DNA of 64,000 nucleotides from Vicugna vicugna (taxonomy: Eukaryota), in assembly GCA_013265495.1 (NCBI GenBank), contig MU060645.1, positions 992,001 through 1,056,000 of the forward strand, given 5' to 3'. The position numbers and the translations under genes are program-made. The notes under the pieces are model-generated. The model worked only from the letters and a program-made list of their open reading frames with translations, did not search any database and was not told where the DNA came from. Below are positions 63,080-64,000 of the stretch, piece by piece (position 1 is the stretch's first letter; every line of letters begins with the position of its first letter).

Positions 63080-63890
63080 GTTACATTTTAATGACACAAT
63101 CCCTCTTTTTTAATTCTCATTCTCTTCTTACTGCTTCTGCGTCATTTGACACTACTGAACATCTTTTCTTTTTGAGACCTTGTCCTCCACTGATAGCATA
63201 CCATTATATGAGATAATATAGATATGAAATACCTGTCTCAGGACTATTATAGATGATATTCCACAAGATTCAATTCTCCATGATATGAATTCTACACATC
63301 CAATGCCGACAAATGGGAACAATCTTTTTTGGGGTGTATGTATGACCAGTCTGACATGAAGCACTTTCATTTGGCACATTCACCCTCTCCCATATCTGTC
63401 TATATTTACTACATGTATACATTTACCTCTATAATGTCTATTTCCCCATTTTTAATTTATCTTGCAAGTACTGTTGTATTTGGAACTCCATTGTATCACT
63501 GGAATATGCTAAAGGCATTGCTATTTCTTTTTCCTCAAAGTAGCAGTTCCCTCTGACTTTCCAACCTGCTAATATTTCTACTAACCTTTTAATAATCTGG
63601 ATTCAAAAACCTCATCACCATTTGTTTTCTTCACTACTTCACATCAAACCAGTTATTGAATTCTACATTTTCTCCTTAACCATCCCACTAGCTCATATTA
63701 TTGTCCCAAATTGCTGAACTGTTGGGATAGCCTTTTATTTGTCTTTCTATCTCTGATCTCTTCTTCCTTCCATTCTTTTCTTAACTGCATGAGATTAGTC
63801 TCCCTGAAGTATCATTTTGGCCATGTCTTTCCTCAGATTAAACATGTCCTTAATTTCCTCTGCCTACTGGATAAAGTCTCAGTTCCTATC
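63080..63890 (+). mobile_element. L2
   Basis: catttgacactactgaacatcttttcttttt...aaatatcattttggccatgtctttcctcagattaaacatg. Confidence 0.75.
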
Positions 63891-64000
63891 TAAACATTCT
63901 AGAAATGGTACATAAAATGTGGTAAATATGTGACTAATTATAAATTAACCATATAAATCTATATCTGTAATATCTAAAACTGAAGATTAAAGTATACAAA

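Noticed and set aside
1-64000. CRISPR arrays, operons, tRNA/rRNA, known miRNA hairpins, processed pseudogenes, CpG island
   Set aside because: The sequence is mammalian. I saw no regularly spaced repeat-spacer array, cloverleaf or rRNA motifs, mature miRNA that I recognise, mRNA-like long ORF remnant, or CpG-dense region.

Overview
AT-rich (roughly 35% GC by eye) mammalian genomic DNA with four short assembly gaps (3001-3156, 51847-51988, 59020-59288, 59482-59630). A large share is ancient placental interspersed repeat: MIR, L2, L1M, MaLR (MLT1) and ERVL LTRs, and hAT-Charlie (MER5, MER33) and Tigger (MER8) MITEs. Two younger L1 pieces look cetartiodactyl-type, and no lineage-specific SINE is recognisable, so a camelid-like host is a tentative guess. 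There is no long ORF and no gene, tRNA, rRNA or miRNA that I recognise; the ORF track is noise or repeat-derived. The best non-repeat signal is on the minus strand: a set of very short candidate exons (5-59 nt) with good acceptor and donor motifs, which can be joined in frame. Three candidate 3'-terminal exons (at 22.9, 17.5 and 5.8 kb) each have an early stop and a downstream AATAAA. This would fit the 3' end of a large minus-strand gene with microexons and alternative last exons. However, such motifs also arise by chance in 64 kb and the peptide matches nothing I know, so it is a hypothesis only. Repeat family names come from recalled consensus sequences, and boundaries are approximate unless a TSD is quoted.
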